A stretch of DNA of 64,000 nt. Source: Callorhinchus milii (lineage: Eukaryota). Where the stretch lies: the NCBI RefSeq assembly GCF_018977255.1, contig NW_024704762.1:10168001-10232000 (forward strand), in the 5' to 3' direction. Below the pieces are notes generated by a model, which ran no database searches, was not told the origin of the DNA, and saw nothing but the letters and a program-made list of their open reading frames with translations. Positions 49,156 to 62,456 of the stretch are shown piece after piece; position 1 is the stretch's first letter, and each line of letters opens with the position of its first letter. The translations under genes and the position numbers were made by a program.

Positions 49156-49677
49156 CTGATAGTGCCGTTAGGATTGGAATTACATCACCAAGCCCTTCAC
49201 GGATTCTCGTTTCAAAATGAGTCTCCTTGACCTTATACTTTGCAGTAATCTGGTCCAGAGAAACAAGAAGTGAAACGTCTCACCCAGAAACATCTCCGCA
49301 GGAGAAATGAAGACCTTTTTAATAGTTGGTTTCAAAATATATTTCAGCTTCTGTGTATTTACATAGGCAGCAGGAAGACATTGGTCCAAAAGAGAAAGGA
49401 AACAGTTGCACACTGATAGTGCCGTTAGGATTGGAATTACATCACCAAGCCCTTCACGGATTCACGGATTCTCGTTTCAAAATTAGTCTCCTTGACCTTA
49501 TACTTTGCAGTAATCTGGTCCAGAGAAACAAGAAGTGAAACGTCTCACCCAGAAACATCTCCGCAGGAGAAATGAAGACCTTTTTAATAGTTGGTTTCAA
49601 AATATATTTCAGCTTCTGTGTATTTATATAGGCAGCAGGAAGACATTGGTCCAAAAGAGAAAGGAAACAGTTGCACA
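49156..49677. repeat. Head-to-tail duplication of a 257/265-bp unique segment
   Basis: 49156-49412 versus 49413-49677; they differ by ~2 substitutions and an 8-bp micro-duplication (TTCACGGA). Confidence 0.95.
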
Positions 49678-49691
49678 CTTCAATTGACAAG

Positions 49692-49697
49692 TTTATT
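49692..49697 (-). terminator. Candidate polyadenylation signal (AATAAA) for KLF16
   Basis: TTTATT on the + strand at the end of an AT-rich, repeat-poor 1.8-kb stretch downstream of the stop. A second AATAAA lies at 49879-49874. Confidence 0.45.
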
Positions 49698-51491
49698 TAC
49701 TGTGTACAAAAATCAGTCAATCGTGCAAAGTTACACACACACACACACACACTCGCGCACAATAATCTTTCTATAACATTTCATAGTCTTTACTGCAATT
49801 TGGTAGCACGTGTACTAATAATATAACTGACCACCAGATTTTTTTATAAAATACAATATCCATAAAATTACTGTTTATTTTTATATTAAAAAAAAGTGAA
49901 AAGAACACAGTAGGTTCCAGCCATCCCAACTGCTAACTGGATACCAAATACACAGACAGACCACAGACTGGGAGATTCAGGAACAGGGTTATGTAGGCAC
50001 ATTTACTATGAATTCCTGAAGAAACTTGGTCTAATTGTGCGATACTCAAATAATTTAACTGGAATTGCCGTAACGCTGTAAAAATCAAATATACAAAGAC
50101 CCCCCTTGAGGTTCGAACCTCCAACTGCCCCCCCCCCTCAGCCCAATGACACAAATGTGGGGGGAAAAAAATTCCCCCAACTCTGGGCTTAATTTGGGAG
50201 CTAACTCTAATAATTTAAAAAATATTTGAAGTTCTTAACAAATGATACCATCAGTAACCCAGCCCCAGACCTTACATCAGCTGTGTTAACATTCCCTCTG
50301 CGACTGGTCTGTGTATGAGATTTGTTCATTATTATGCTGCAATGAAATGAAAGAGCCGCCCGCAGCCATGGATAACGGTAATGGGTTAAAAACTGGAAAT
50401 GGTATCATCCTGACATGATATTTTTTTAAATACATCGAACGTAAAGCAGATCGTCGCTCTCTCTCTCACCTCACCCGCAACGCCTAGAAAATAGGGTAAA
50501 ACTGCGAGCGGAGACTGTGTCTTTGCAATCGCACACCGCAAATCAGCGTCAATCAGCCGGGAGTGGGGGGAGAGAAGAGTGAGGGACAAGCCTCCCCCAT
50601 AGTTATGCCTGTTCCCCCCACCCCCACCACACACAGCCCCCATAGATTAATGACCATCATTGTCCTGCACATCAATTTAATGCAACACACACACACACTG
50701 CCCTTCCTCGCTCATCAAAATAAATAGAAGGAATGACTGTCCTGCTCAATCGCTCAACTCCAAAGCTTTACATCAGCCTAGTGCAAAATGTACGATTACC
50801 CGATTTACACATCTTAAAGCAACACACAGTGAGGTACATAGACAGCCAAGCCCACTCCACAGCGACTGGACAGTTAGAGACAATTACAAAACTCCCCACT
50901 GAATTCGGGCAGCGGGGGTGGGTTCTGAGACGTGTTACACCAACACAATAAGAAATATATTTTAGTAAAATAGGAGTTAGTGTAAGTTTAATCACTACAT
51001 TAAAAACATGCGTTTCCTCCTCTCTTTTCCCCCTATCACCACCACCCCACCCCACCCCAACACTCACACAGGCAGGCACACAGGCGCGCGCACACAAACA
51101 TGCAGACAAAATGCGCGCACTCACAGACACGCACTCTTCCAAAATCCAATGCGCGTCCAAGCTCCGAAAACCCGTCCGAAATGACTCCCAATAAGTTAAG
51201 TTTAAAAAATCCAGAAAAAAAAATCAATAACAAATGGGAATCGGGGTCCGACGAGACAGGTAACCACGGACAAACTGCTCGGTTTGTCGATCTCCCCCGT
51301 CAACATCCACAGTCACCGTGTGCAAAACACCCCAAACTGAGCAACCGTAAGCCCCCCCACAACCCACACCTCCCACCCGCTCAGCCACAAACACCACCAG
51401 CCCAACCCAACCCTCCACAAGGACAGGCAGGGGCTGGAGCACAGCTCAGGGTGTGACAGTCTCTGCTCCAGGATGTGTTTTGTTTGAAGTC

Positions 51492-51829
51492 TTAGTGGAA
51501 CATGCAGCCGCCTGGGCTGGAAGCTGATCGGAGGCTGATGGGGGACGGAATTCTGAGGCTGGGAGAGGAGCGGAGGCCGGAGGGGGGAGAGGCCAGAGAG
51601 AGGGACGTGCCCCCAAGGCCAGCCTTGCCCGCTGTGATCATGCCGGGAGTGAAGTCCGGGTGTCTGCGGGCGTGCTTCATCAGGTGGTCGCTCCGCATGA
51701 ACCTCTTGTCGCACATGGGGCACCGAAACCTTTTCTCCCCAGTGTGTGTCCGGTAGTGACGAGCCAATTCGTCCGAGCGGGCAAACTTCTTCAGGCAGAG
51801 GGCCCAAGTGCACGGGAACGGCCGCTCAC
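51492..51829 (-). CDS. KLF16: KLF16 exon 2 (zinc fingers 2-3 and C-terminus)
   Basis: ccctcag|GT GAG CGG; [56 protein letters not shown]. Confidence 0.93.
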
Positions 51830-54800
51830 CTGAGGGACAGACAATCAATCAATCAGGAAATCAATAAAACAATCAATCAATCAATAAGAACTGCTGGGAC
51901 GAGCACATTCACGGCGAACAAATGGCCATGTATTAGCCCACGTGTCTGTCCCTCTCTCTGAGCCACTCCACTAGTAATAGTAATAATACTTGCATTAGAT
52001 ACAGCACCTTATCACGTGGTCGAGACGCCCCAAAGGGCTTCGCAGAATATACCGTAAAGTGAAGCGACTGTGTGTTTTATGGGAGAAATCGGTCACCAAC
52101 TGTGTGCGCAGCGCCATCCCACAAACAGCCATCAAGCGAGCGACCAATTTTATTTGGGGGATTGTCAGCCAGGAGAGAGGGAGAGAAACTCCCTTCTCTT
52201 TTCCGACAGTGTTGACTGGTGATGCAGTGCATTCCCCTGGCCGGCTCGGTCTGCCTGTATCACACACAGCCCCCACCCCCCCAGACAACGTGCAGCAGTC
52301 AATCTCGTCACCCACTGATCATGATTCGCAGTAATGCGAGAGAGCGCTCGTCTCTGCCTCACACTCGCTCACGTAATAATAGAAAATATAATAATAAAAT
52401 ACATTTTATAAAAATATAACGTCCTCAGTCACAAGCAAACTAGTTCATGCGGGAAGTTATTTTATTTTACCAAAAAAAAACACAATGAGAGAGTTCAGAG
52501 GAATGGTTTCCATGTAGAATAAATCCCATCCCCCCACTCACCCGAGCACCCACACACACACTCCACCCCACCCCACCCTTCCACAGACAAACACACACAT
52601 CCTCACACCCACCCACACTCAATTTCCACCCTTCCCCTCCCCTCACACATGTGCTCTAGGTTTATTGCTGACAAAGTGCCCGAGTGTGACTCTGGTCTGT
52701 TGTGTAGATGGTTATACGGTCGCACGACATGGTCACACTGCTCTCAAACCAGACACGTTACATTTACTGAAAATCTACTTCATACAACACCCAGCAGCAC
52801 CGAACCCCGCCCCACCCCAAACCCCCAGCAGACAGGGTGGGGGGTTTCAGAGCAGCCGTTTGTGGGTCTGTGTGTCTGTTGCTCTCACTCAGTCACTAAC
52901 TTAAAAGAAAAGAAAATTCAGTGCCTCCCACGTTCTCAGCTTTTATCCCTTTCGGGATCACTGAAGATCAGAAACACACCCAGTGCTGAAGGGAACGGCT
53001 GAATTCTGTCCACAAACCACTCGCAATAATAATAATCCTGGCATTTCACATCACGTCTTATCACGTCTCAAAGCAATTCACAGAATGCACTGTAAAAAGG
53101 TATTTACTGTGTATTTTGTGGGTGCATACAAATACACATGCCCCAATACACAAACACACGCCCCAACACACACATAAACATCCCAACACACGCACACGCC
53201 CACACACACATCCCAACACACATACGCACACGCCCCAACACACATAAATACGCCTCCCCCAACATATATATACACACGTACACACCCCAACACACACCCC
53301 AACACACATACATACACACACATCCAGCACACCACGCCCAAACCAGGAAGCTGCAAGGACAAAGCATGAAACTGACAAGAGACTGATCCAGCCCCATGGT
53401 TTTAGAAGAAGAAGGGAGGGAGAGAGAGATGGGGAGAGAGCTGGGGGGGGGGGGGGCAAGAGCTGGGGGGGAGAGAGAGCTGGGGGGCGGACGAGACCTG
53501 GGGGGGGGTGGGGGGCGAGAGCTGGGGGGGGAGAGAGCTGGGGGGGGAGGAGAGATAGCTGGGGGGGTGGGGGCGAGAGCTGGGGGGGAGAGAGAGCTGG
53601 GGGGGGGGGAGAGATAGCTGGGGGGGTGGGGGGCGAGAGCTGGGGGGGGAGAGAGGTTTCTAACTGGAATAGTTAAAACTTAAATTTATAGCTCAGTTCA
53701 TTTGGTAAAAGTTGCTGTGAAAAGGTTGGGTTTGACTAGAATAGGATGGGGTGGTGGGGGGGGGTATGTGTGTAGTGGGGGGGTATGTGTGTGGTGGGCG
53801 GGATATGTGTGTGGTGGGGGTGGGGTATGTGTGTGGTGGGGGTGGGGTATGTGTGTGGTGGGGGGGTTATGTGTGTGGTGGCGGGGGGGGTATGTGTGTG
53901 GTGGGGGGGGTATGTGTGTGGTGGGGGTGGGTATGTGTGTGGTGGGGGGGGTTATGTGTGTGGTGGCGGGGGGGGTATGTGTGTGGTGGGGGGGGGTATG
54001 TGTGTGGTGGGGGTGGGTATGTGTGTGGTGGGGGGGTTATGTGTGTGGTGGCGGGGGGTGGGGTATGTGTGTGGTGGCGGGGGGGGGTATGTGTGTGGTG
54101 GGGGGGGGTATGTGTGTGGTGGGGGGGTATGTGTGTGGTGGCGGGGTGGGGTATGTGTGTGGTGGTGGCGGGGGGGGTATGTGTGTGGTGGCGGGGGGGG
54201 TGTATGTGTGAGGTGGCGGGGGGGGGTATGTGTGTGGTGGCGGGGGGGGGGGTATGTGTGTGGTGGCGGGGGGGGGTATGTGTGTGGTTGAGGGGGGGGT
54301 TCTCAGACAGTGAGGGCTCCACAGGGGGCGTTGACTCTGACACTCAATCAGACCCAGAAATCTAACCAAAGGTTTGGAACAGCCCACGAGGTTCTGGTTA
54401 CATTGGGAGCCAAAGAGACTCACATCCCCACCTCCCTCTTACCCCCCCTCTCCCCTATATATATTCTGGGAGGACAGTGCCTGGGTATGTTGGGAGGGGG
54501 GGTCAGTGCCTGGATATGTAGGGGGGGGGGGGTCAGTGCCTGCGTATGTAGGGGGGTCTGTGCCTGGGTAAGTTGGGAGGGGGGTCAGTGCCTGGGCATG
54601 TAGGGAGGGGGGGGGGGTCAGTGCCTGCGTATGTAGGGGGGGGGGTCTGTGCCTGGGTATGTAGGGGGAGGAAGGGTCAGTGCCTGGGTATGTTGGGGGG
54701 GGGGTCAGTGCCTGGGTATGTTGGGGGGGGGGTCAGTGCCTGGGTATGTTGGGGGGGGGGGTCAGTGCCTGGGTATGTTGGGGGGGGGTCAGTGCCTGGG

Positions 54801-57188
54801 TATGTTGGGGGAGGGGTCTGTGCCTGGGTATGTAGGGGGAGGAAGGGTCAGTGCCTGGGTATGTTGGGGGGGGGGTCAGTGCCTGGGTATGTTGGGGGGT
54901 GGTGGGGGGCAACTTGAAGGAAGGACAAGATCCAATCCATACAGTAAATGGTCCCCACCCCCCTTCAGTGGCTACTACTGTTGTCTGGCAAACCGAGACA
55001 TATTACCCCCCCCCCCCCCCGCCCCCACCTGGAGACAATTAACCCCTGAAACCAGTGTGTCGATATAAAACAGCCTTTAAACCCGGTCCCCCTCCCCCAG
55101 AGAAACAAGTTCCTGTTTAAAGTGTATAACATGGGATGGGAACCCCACCCATCATCATCTGGTACAGAAGATCCACACAAAAAGATCTCAGTTCCCCCCC
55201 ACCCCACACACACCTCCTCACTGCCCCCCCACCCCCCTCCTCACTGCCCCCACCCCCCTCCTCACTGCCCCCACCCCCCTCCTCACTGCCCCCCCCCCCT
55301 CCTCACTGCCCCCCCCTCCCCCCTCCTCACTGCCCCCCCCCCCCTCCTCACTGCCCCCCCCACCCCCCTCCTCACTGCCCCCCCACCCCCCTCCTCACTG
55401 CCCCCCCCACCCCCCTCCTCACTGCCCCCCCACCCCCCTCTTCACTGCTCCCCACACCCCCCTCCTCACTGCCCCCACACACCTCCTCACTGCCCCCCCC
55501 CCCCCCTCCTCACTGCCCCCCCCATCCCCCTCCTCACTGCCCCCCCACACACCTCCTCACTGCTCCCCCCCCTTCCTCACTGCTCCCCCCCTCCTCCTCA
55601 CTGCTCCCCCCCTCCTCACTGCCCCCCCACACACACAATTTGTTCCTTAACATCTACGATGTGGGGGCGGGTGTCCCGGCCACAGGCAATGGGGAGGGGA
55701 TTTCGTGAACAGAAAGGTTCCCGGTCAGTGTTTCGGGGGGGGGGAGCGGGGGGGGATAGGGAGGGGGGGGATAGGGAGGGGGGGCGGATAGGGGGGGGAT
55801 GGGTAGGGGGGCGGGGGGGATGGGGGGGGGGATGGGGGCGGGCGGGGGGGGATAGGTGGGGCGGGGGATGGGGGGGGCGGGGGGGATAGGAGAGGGAAAT
55901 CAAGAGAGAAAAGGCAGGAAACGTGGCCATTGGGGCGCCTTATCTCAGCAGAGGTTGGGTTGGGCAGTGCCCGGGTATGTTGGGGGGGGGCGTGGTGGGG
56001 GGGGGGGGGCAGTGCCCGGGCGTGGTGGGGGGGGGGGCAGTGCCCGGGTATGTTGGGGGGGGCAGTGCCCGGGTATGTTGGGAGGGGGCAGTTGGGGGTG
56101 GGGGGGGGGCAGTCCCGGGTATGTTGGGGGGGTGGGCGGGGCAGTCCCGGGTATGTTGGGGGGGGCAGTTGGGGGTGGGGGGTGGGGCAGTGCCCGGGTA
56201 TGTTGGGGGGGTGGGCGGGGCAGTCCCGGGTATGTTGGGGGGGGGGCAGTCCCGGGTATGTTGGGGGGGGGGGGGGGGGGGCAGTCCCGGGTATGTTGGG
56301 GGGGGGGGGCGGGGCAGTCCCGGGTATGTTGGGGTGGGGGGTGGGGCAGTGCCCGGGTATGTTGGGGGTGGGGCAGTCCCGGGTATGTTGGGGGGGGTGG
56401 GGGGGTGTTGGGGGTCTCTTACCTGTGTGAGTCCTCACATGAGCCTTGAGATGGGAGGATTTGCCGTAAACCTTGTCACAGCCGCTGTAGTAACAGCGAT
56501 GGCGTTTGGGCGGCCACCTGTCATCCCGTCGGTGTCTCCTCCTGTCGGGGCTGCCGCCGGAGTTGGGTTTGGAGTTGGGTTTGGAGTTGGTGTTGGGGCT
56601 GGTGTTGGGGTCGGGGTCTGGCCCCGGGCTGGTGCTGGGGCTGGTGCTGGTGCTGGTGTTGGGGCTGGTGTTGGGGCTGGTGTTGGGGCTGGTGTTGGGG
56701 TCTGGCCCCGGGCTGGTGCTGGTGTTGGTGTTGGGGTTGGGGCTGGTGTTGGGGTTGGGGTCTGGCCCCGGGCTGGTGCTGGGGCTGGTGTTGGGGTCTG
56801 GTCCCGGGCTGGGGCTGGTGTTGGGGTTGGGGTCGGGGTCTGGCCCCGGGCTGGTGCTGGTGTTGGGGCTGGTGTTGGGGTCGGGGTCTGGCCCCGGGCT
56901 GGGCGCCCCCTCACACACTGTGCTGTAACCACTCTCCCCCGAGGACGAGTTGCTGCTCTCGCAGTGCGAGGAGACGGGGGTCCAGGGCTGGAGGTCGCTG
57001 TTGGCGGGGGCCAGAAGGCGGCCCGCGGGCCGCAGCGCCTCGCTCACCTCTTTGTCTTCGCTGTAACTTGTCCGCGAACTTTCCTCTCCCCCCGCGGCGG
57101 AGGGGCCGTGAACCACCGCCCCACTGGAGATGGACATCAGGCACTCGGCAGCGAAATAATCCCGACAGCCAAAGGCGGACATCGTCAT
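51492..57188 (-). CDS. KLF16: Krueppel-like factor of the KLF9/13/14/16 (SID) group, most likely KLF16; 367 aa, 2 coding exons
   Basis: join(57188-56423, 51829-51492) = 1104 nt. N-terminal [18 protein letters not shown] (recalled human KLF16 [18 protein letters not shown]) and three C2H2 fingers with the intron at HT G|ERPF. Adjacency to BTBD2 supports KLF16 over KLF13. The start may instead be the ATG at 57182. Confidence 0.82.
53430..56410. repeat. Cluster of G/C-rich minisatellites in the KLF16 intron
   Basis: GAGAGCTG(n) at 53430-53655; GnTATGTGTGTGGT at 53750-54290; GnTCAGTGCCTGGGTATGTT at 54470-54900; CnTCCTCACTG at 55210-55630; GnCAGT(G)CCCGGGTATGTT at 55960-56400. Confidence 0.92.
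56423..57188 (-). CDS. KLF16: KLF16 exon 1 coding part (SID, PNTS repeat, NLS, zinc finger 1)
   Basis: ...[41 protein letters not shown]|gtaaga. Confidence 0.92.
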
Positions 57189-57489
57189 GAGGTTCTTTCT
57201 ATTGGGGAGGGGGAGGGGGAGGGGGAGTCCTGGCCTCGCTCTCTCTCTCTCTCTCTCTCCCCGAGTCTCTGTGTGTGTGTGTCTGTAAGTGGGTGTGTGA
57301 GAGGGTGTGTCTCTCCCTGTGTGTGTGTGTCTCTCTCTCCCTGTGTGTGTGTGAGTCTCTCTTGAGTGTGTGCATGAGTTGGTGTGTCTCTCCCTGTGTG
57401 TGTGTGTGGGGGGGGGGGGGGGGGGAGGGGCGGTGAGAGAGAGTGGGTGGGCTCTCGCTCTCTCTGTGAGTGGGTGTGTCTCGAGTGTC

Positions 57490-57955
57490 TTCTCCTGTGT
57501 GAGCTGTGTGTGAGCTCCTGTGTGTGTGTGTGAGCTCCTGTGAGTGTGTGTGAGCTCCTGTGTGTGTGAGTGTGAGCTGTGTGTGAGCTCAGCCCGGGCT
57601 GCTTTGTGTGTGTGAGCTCCTGTGTGTGTGTGTGTGAGCTCCTGTGTGAGTGTGTGTGAGCTCCTGTGTGTGAGCTGTGAGTGTGAGCTCCTGTGTGTGT
57701 GTGAGTGTGAGCTGTGTGTGAGCTCCTGTGTGTGTGTGTGAGTGTGAGCTCCTGTGTGTGAGCTCCTGTGTGTGTGTGAGTGTGAGCTGTGTGTGAGCTC
57801 CTGTGTGTGTGAGTGTGAGCTGTGAGTGTGAGCTCAGTCCGGGCTGCTTTGTGTGTGTGAGCTCCTGTGTGTGTGAGTGTGAGCTGTGTGTGAGCTCCTG
57901 TGTGAGTGTGAGCTGTGAGTGTGAGCTCAGTCCGGGCTGCTTTGTGTGTGAGAGT
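57490..57955. repeat. (GTGAGCTCCTGTGT)-type minisatellite upstream of the KLF16 ATG
   Basis: Visible directly. Confidence 0.9.
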
Positions 57956-58111
57956 GGCTGAGAGAGGAGGAAGGGAGTGAGTCAGACTGACGCCTACACG
58001 CGAAGAGAGGCAGAGAGAGAGCGAGTCTGTGACGAGCATCACAGGCGGGCGGGCGGGTCCCGGGCTCCCGACCACTCCGTGACGTGTCCTTAACACTGGG
58101 AACCCCTGTCT

Positions 58112-59175
58112 CTGGGGGGAGAGATGGAGGGGGGGGTGGGGAGAGATGGAGGGGGGGGGGGAGAGATGGAGGGGGGGGGAGATGGAGGGGGGAGGAGAGA
58201 GAGAGATGGAGGGGGGGGAAGAGAGAGAGATGGGGGGGGGGGAGAGATGGGGCGGGGGAGAGAGATGGAAGGGGGGGGGAGAGAGATGGAGGGGGGAGGA
58301 GAGAGAGAGATGGAGGGGGGGGAGAGATGGGGGGGGGGAGAGAGATGGAAGGGGGGGGGAGAGAGATGGAGGGGGGAGGAGAGAGAGAGATGGAGGGGGG
58401 GAAGAGAGAGAGATGGAGGGGGGGGGGAGAGATGGGGCGGGGGAGAGATGGAAGGGGGGGGGAGAGAGATGGAGGGGGGGGGAGAGAGAGAGATGGAGGG
58501 GGGGGAGAAAGAGAGATGGAGGGGGAGGAAGAGAGAGAGATGGAGGGGGGGGAAGAGAGAGAGATGGAGGGGGAGGAGAGAGATGGAGGGGGTGGAGACA
58601 GAGAGAGAGAGATGGAGGGGGGGGAGAGAGAGAGAGAGATGGAGGGGGAGAGAGGGAGAGAGAGATGGAGGGGAGCGAGGAGGAGAGAGAGAGAGATGGA
58701 GGGGGGGAGAGAGAGATGGAGGGGGAGGGAGGAGAGAAGATGGGGGGGGGGAGAGAGAGATGGAGGGGGAGGGAGGAGAGAGACAGTGATGGAGGGGGGA
58801 GGAGAGAGATGGAGGGGGAGGGAGGAGAGAGACAGTGATGGAGGGGGGAGGAGAGAGAGTTGGAAGGGGGAGGGAGAGAGAGATAGAGGGCGGGAGGAGA
58901 GAGAGGGGGAGGAGAGAGAGATGGAGAGGGTTGGGGGGAGGAGAGAGAGATGGAGGGGGGGGGGAGGAGGAGAGGAGGGGGGGGGGGAGGAGAGAGATGG
59001 AGGGGGTGGGGGAGGAGAGAGATGGAGGGGGGGGGGGAGGAGAGAGATGGAGGGGGGGTGGGGAGGAGAGAGATGGAGGGGGGTGGGGGAGGAGAGAGAT
59101 GGAGGGGGGTGGGGGAGGAGAGAGATGGAGGGGGGGTGGGGGAGGAGAGAGATGGAGGAAGGGAGGAGGATAGAG
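58112..59175. repeat. Purine-rich (GAGAGATGGAGGGGG)n array
   Basis: Visible directly, ~1 kb. Confidence 0.92.
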
Positions 59176-62137
59176 GAAATCTAACTACACTGGGAGGGAG
59201 AAATCCTTCCACCCACACACACACACACACACACTAATCCTCCACTGCAGTCAGTCTTACTCTCTTAGTTCATCTACAATTTCAACAACACTGACATTTA
59301 CGCGGCCGGGAGGACATCCCAAGGTGCTGGACAGTCGGGTTTAGACCTGAGCAGGGGTTTGAGATCAGGAGGGTGGAGGGCAGGGAGGGGTGTCTGAAGG
59401 TGCAGGCGAAGAGGAAGGTCTTGAGGCGGCCTTGAAGGAGGTGAGGGAGGGAGGGAGGGGAGGTGGAGGGAATGTGGGATGGAGTTCCAAGGGGTGGGGG
59501 CAGAGAGGCTGGAGGTCCGACCCATGATGGTGGGACATGAAGCCCACAAAATGCAGTCAAAACTATTTTACAGTCTATCCTGTGAAATTTCCAGGTGTAG
59601 GTGATGGTTCAGCTCTCAGTTGGTTTGGATAATCTTAAACACAGCAACAGGTTTCCACTTGTGACAGACACCAGACACTCCGCTCCCCTCCACACCCCCT
59701 CCCGGCCAAGACATCAGAGAACAGGACACGAGTCAGGAAGCACTAACATCGGAGATGTAGCTTTAAATCTCCGGGTATTTAATCAGTTTATGAAACAAGC
59801 CCCAGAGACATACATCACATCCCCCTCTTCTCCCCCCACTCTCCTCCCCCCCCCCCCCCCCTCTTCCCTCCCCCAAAAAGTCAAACCCTTTCACGGAACT
59901 AATCCGTTTATGTAACCAACAAAGAATGACATTTTCGGTATATAAAGAAAGTTCAGCGGCTATTCCCTAAAACTCCGGAATACTCTTCCCCTCTCCTCGC
60001 CTGTGGGGGGGCGGTGGGGCCCCACACTGCGTGTCCACGCCATTCCTGGGACATCGCGCTGCTGCTCACTGTCTCTCTGTAGCAACGGCCGCTGTTAATA
60101 GCTCGTCGCCCGGCTTAAAACGGACCCTTTTAAGACGATTCCCACTTGTGTCCGTCTGCAGGAGACACGTCCATAACAAGGCGTCACTTGGGGACTGTGT
60201 GTGTGTGTGAGAGACTGTGCGCAATTGGCTGTCGCGTTTCGCCCACAAAATACTGTATACAGTCAATCCACTTTACACTTTGTGACGTCTCGAAGACATG
60301 ATAAGGCGCGATACCAAATACAAGGATTATTATTATTAATATTAATATTGAGTTGAGGTTTTATTTTCTGTTGAAATGTCTCTCTCTCTCCCTCCCTCTC
60401 TCTCTCCCTCCCTCTCTCTAGTTTATGACAAGTGATCAGGGTCTCCGACAAAGGTGTCCCCCCTCCCCCCATGGAATCAGATGGGAATCAGGAACTCTCA
60501 ACTCCTCACGTTCACGCAAATTGTCATCCACCCAATTCGGATCTTAGCTGTTTAGCTTTTTTCGCCGAGCCAGGGGGAAAACCAATTGCATTTTCAGACG
60601 AAAAGGAGCCACATCATCTGTTTAAGTGGTTTCTTTTCATTAGTTTCTAACTGAGATGGACCAGGGTGGGGGGCAGGGGTGGGGAAGTGGGGGGAGGAAG
60701 TGGGAGTGACGGATCTGACAAGGGCAGATCTGATCTGTCAAGTCACACCCACACTCTTGGGCTCTGCTCGCAATTTCAACATTCAGTGTAGTCAGGAGCC
60801 TGGCTCAGTCGCTCGCTCGCTCGCTCGCACTCTCTGGTTCGATCCCCCACCCCCCACATTGGGGGACTTTGAGTTCACAGTCCAGGCTGATGCACCAGTG
60901 CAGTCCTGGGGTTAGGGGAGGTGGGGGAGCATTGCATTGTCACAGCACCGTTCTTCAGATGAGACATTAAACCGAGCTCCCGTGTGTATATCTTTGTGTG
61001 TGTGTGTGTGTGTGTATATACACATCTGTTTATCTGTACCTGTGTGTGTTTACCTGTATGTGTATACCTATGTGTGTGTATACCTGTGTGTGTATGTACA
61101 CCTGTGTGTGTGTATATACCTGTGTGTGTGTATATATACCTATGTGTGGACACTTTCCCTGAAGCCTGACTGTCGTGTGTTCACCTGCTCCAAGTCAGAC
61201 ATGAACACACCCAACACTGACTTGACTGAGTGAGTGAGTGAGTGCTGTGTCTCCTCAGTGCTGATAAACATGCTAACCCTGGACCGGCCCAGCTGGTTTG
61301 ACAGTGAAGACCCACTTGTGTGTGTGTGTGTGTGCGTGTTTGCGTGCGTGCGTGTGCTCTGTCTTAAACTTGATACTTAGACATTTAGCTACAGGCAAAA
61401 TACCAGCCCCAACAGGAGACCTGACCGCAACCAACACAAACCCCACCTCAGCCACTGAAATCCAACCCCACAGTATAATACAGCTATACATGCAGGTACT
61501 TGCACTCGCACGCACAGTCACTACACTTCACTGTAAAATCCTGTGAAGTGCTTTGAGACGCCCCCCCCCCCCCCCATGTGTAAAGATGCGTATGTCAGAT
61601 GTAAGGATTGTTATTGCAAACACAAACACGTTGGTATTGATTAACGCCAGGATTATTATTATTGTTGTTTTTAGTTTAACTCAAATCGCTATGAGAGGAG
61701 AAGTGAAAGGTTGGCGTTTTGGGGTGAACTCTTGGGTGGAGCAGTTTGAGACGCGGTGGGGTGGGGAGCCCATAATTATAACCAGTGATAAGTATCACAT
61801 CACATACATCAGCATTGCCCCCCTCACCCCCCTCCCACCACCTCACCGTCAGAAAACGAGGAGGAAAAAAGGGGGGGCAGTTGTGGGATTCTTGTACAAA
61901 CAGCTTTATTTAAACAAATATATATTTTAAAATGCAAATAAGCAAAAAACATTCTATTCTGAAGTTAAATTTCTGTCGAATGCCCCAGTTGGGGCTGGTG
62001 GGTGGGAAGGTAGACTGGGTGGTGATCAGCAACAGGAAGCCTGTCTGACTTTTACCGCTCACCAGCATCACCCCAATCCTATCGCCCATACCTCGCCCGG
62101 TTTCACTGCCTCCCTATCCCCCAGAGGGTAGAGTTCA

Positions 62138-62456
62138 ATAATAATAATAATCCTTGCATTTGATATAGCGCTTTTCACGTCGGGAGGACGTCCCAAAGCG
62201 CTTCACAGAACACACTGTAAAGTGAATTGACTGTATATTTGTGGGCGAACGGGCAGCCAATTGCGCACAGCAATGTCCCACAAACAGTCATAGATTGAAA
62301 ATGACCAATTTATTATTGTTTTTGGTTTTGGAGGGATTATTATTAGGCTCTGTGTGGAGTAAGGAAACTTGCCCGAGGTTTCGCCCTCTGCCTGGAATTG
62401 AACTCAGGTCTCTCACTTGCAAAGCGAGTGCTCCAACCACTGAGCTACAGGACTCC
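62138..62456 (-). mobile_element. Full-length tRNA-derived SINE
   Basis: Head GGAGTCCTGTAGCTCAGTGGTTGGAGC...GAGTTCAATTCC, shared tail and (TTA)n end. Confidence 0.8.

Noticed and set aside
57185-59230. 681-aa ORF upstream of KLF16 and overlapping plus-strand ORFs
   Set aside because: Translation of stop-poor simple repeats with no domain content.
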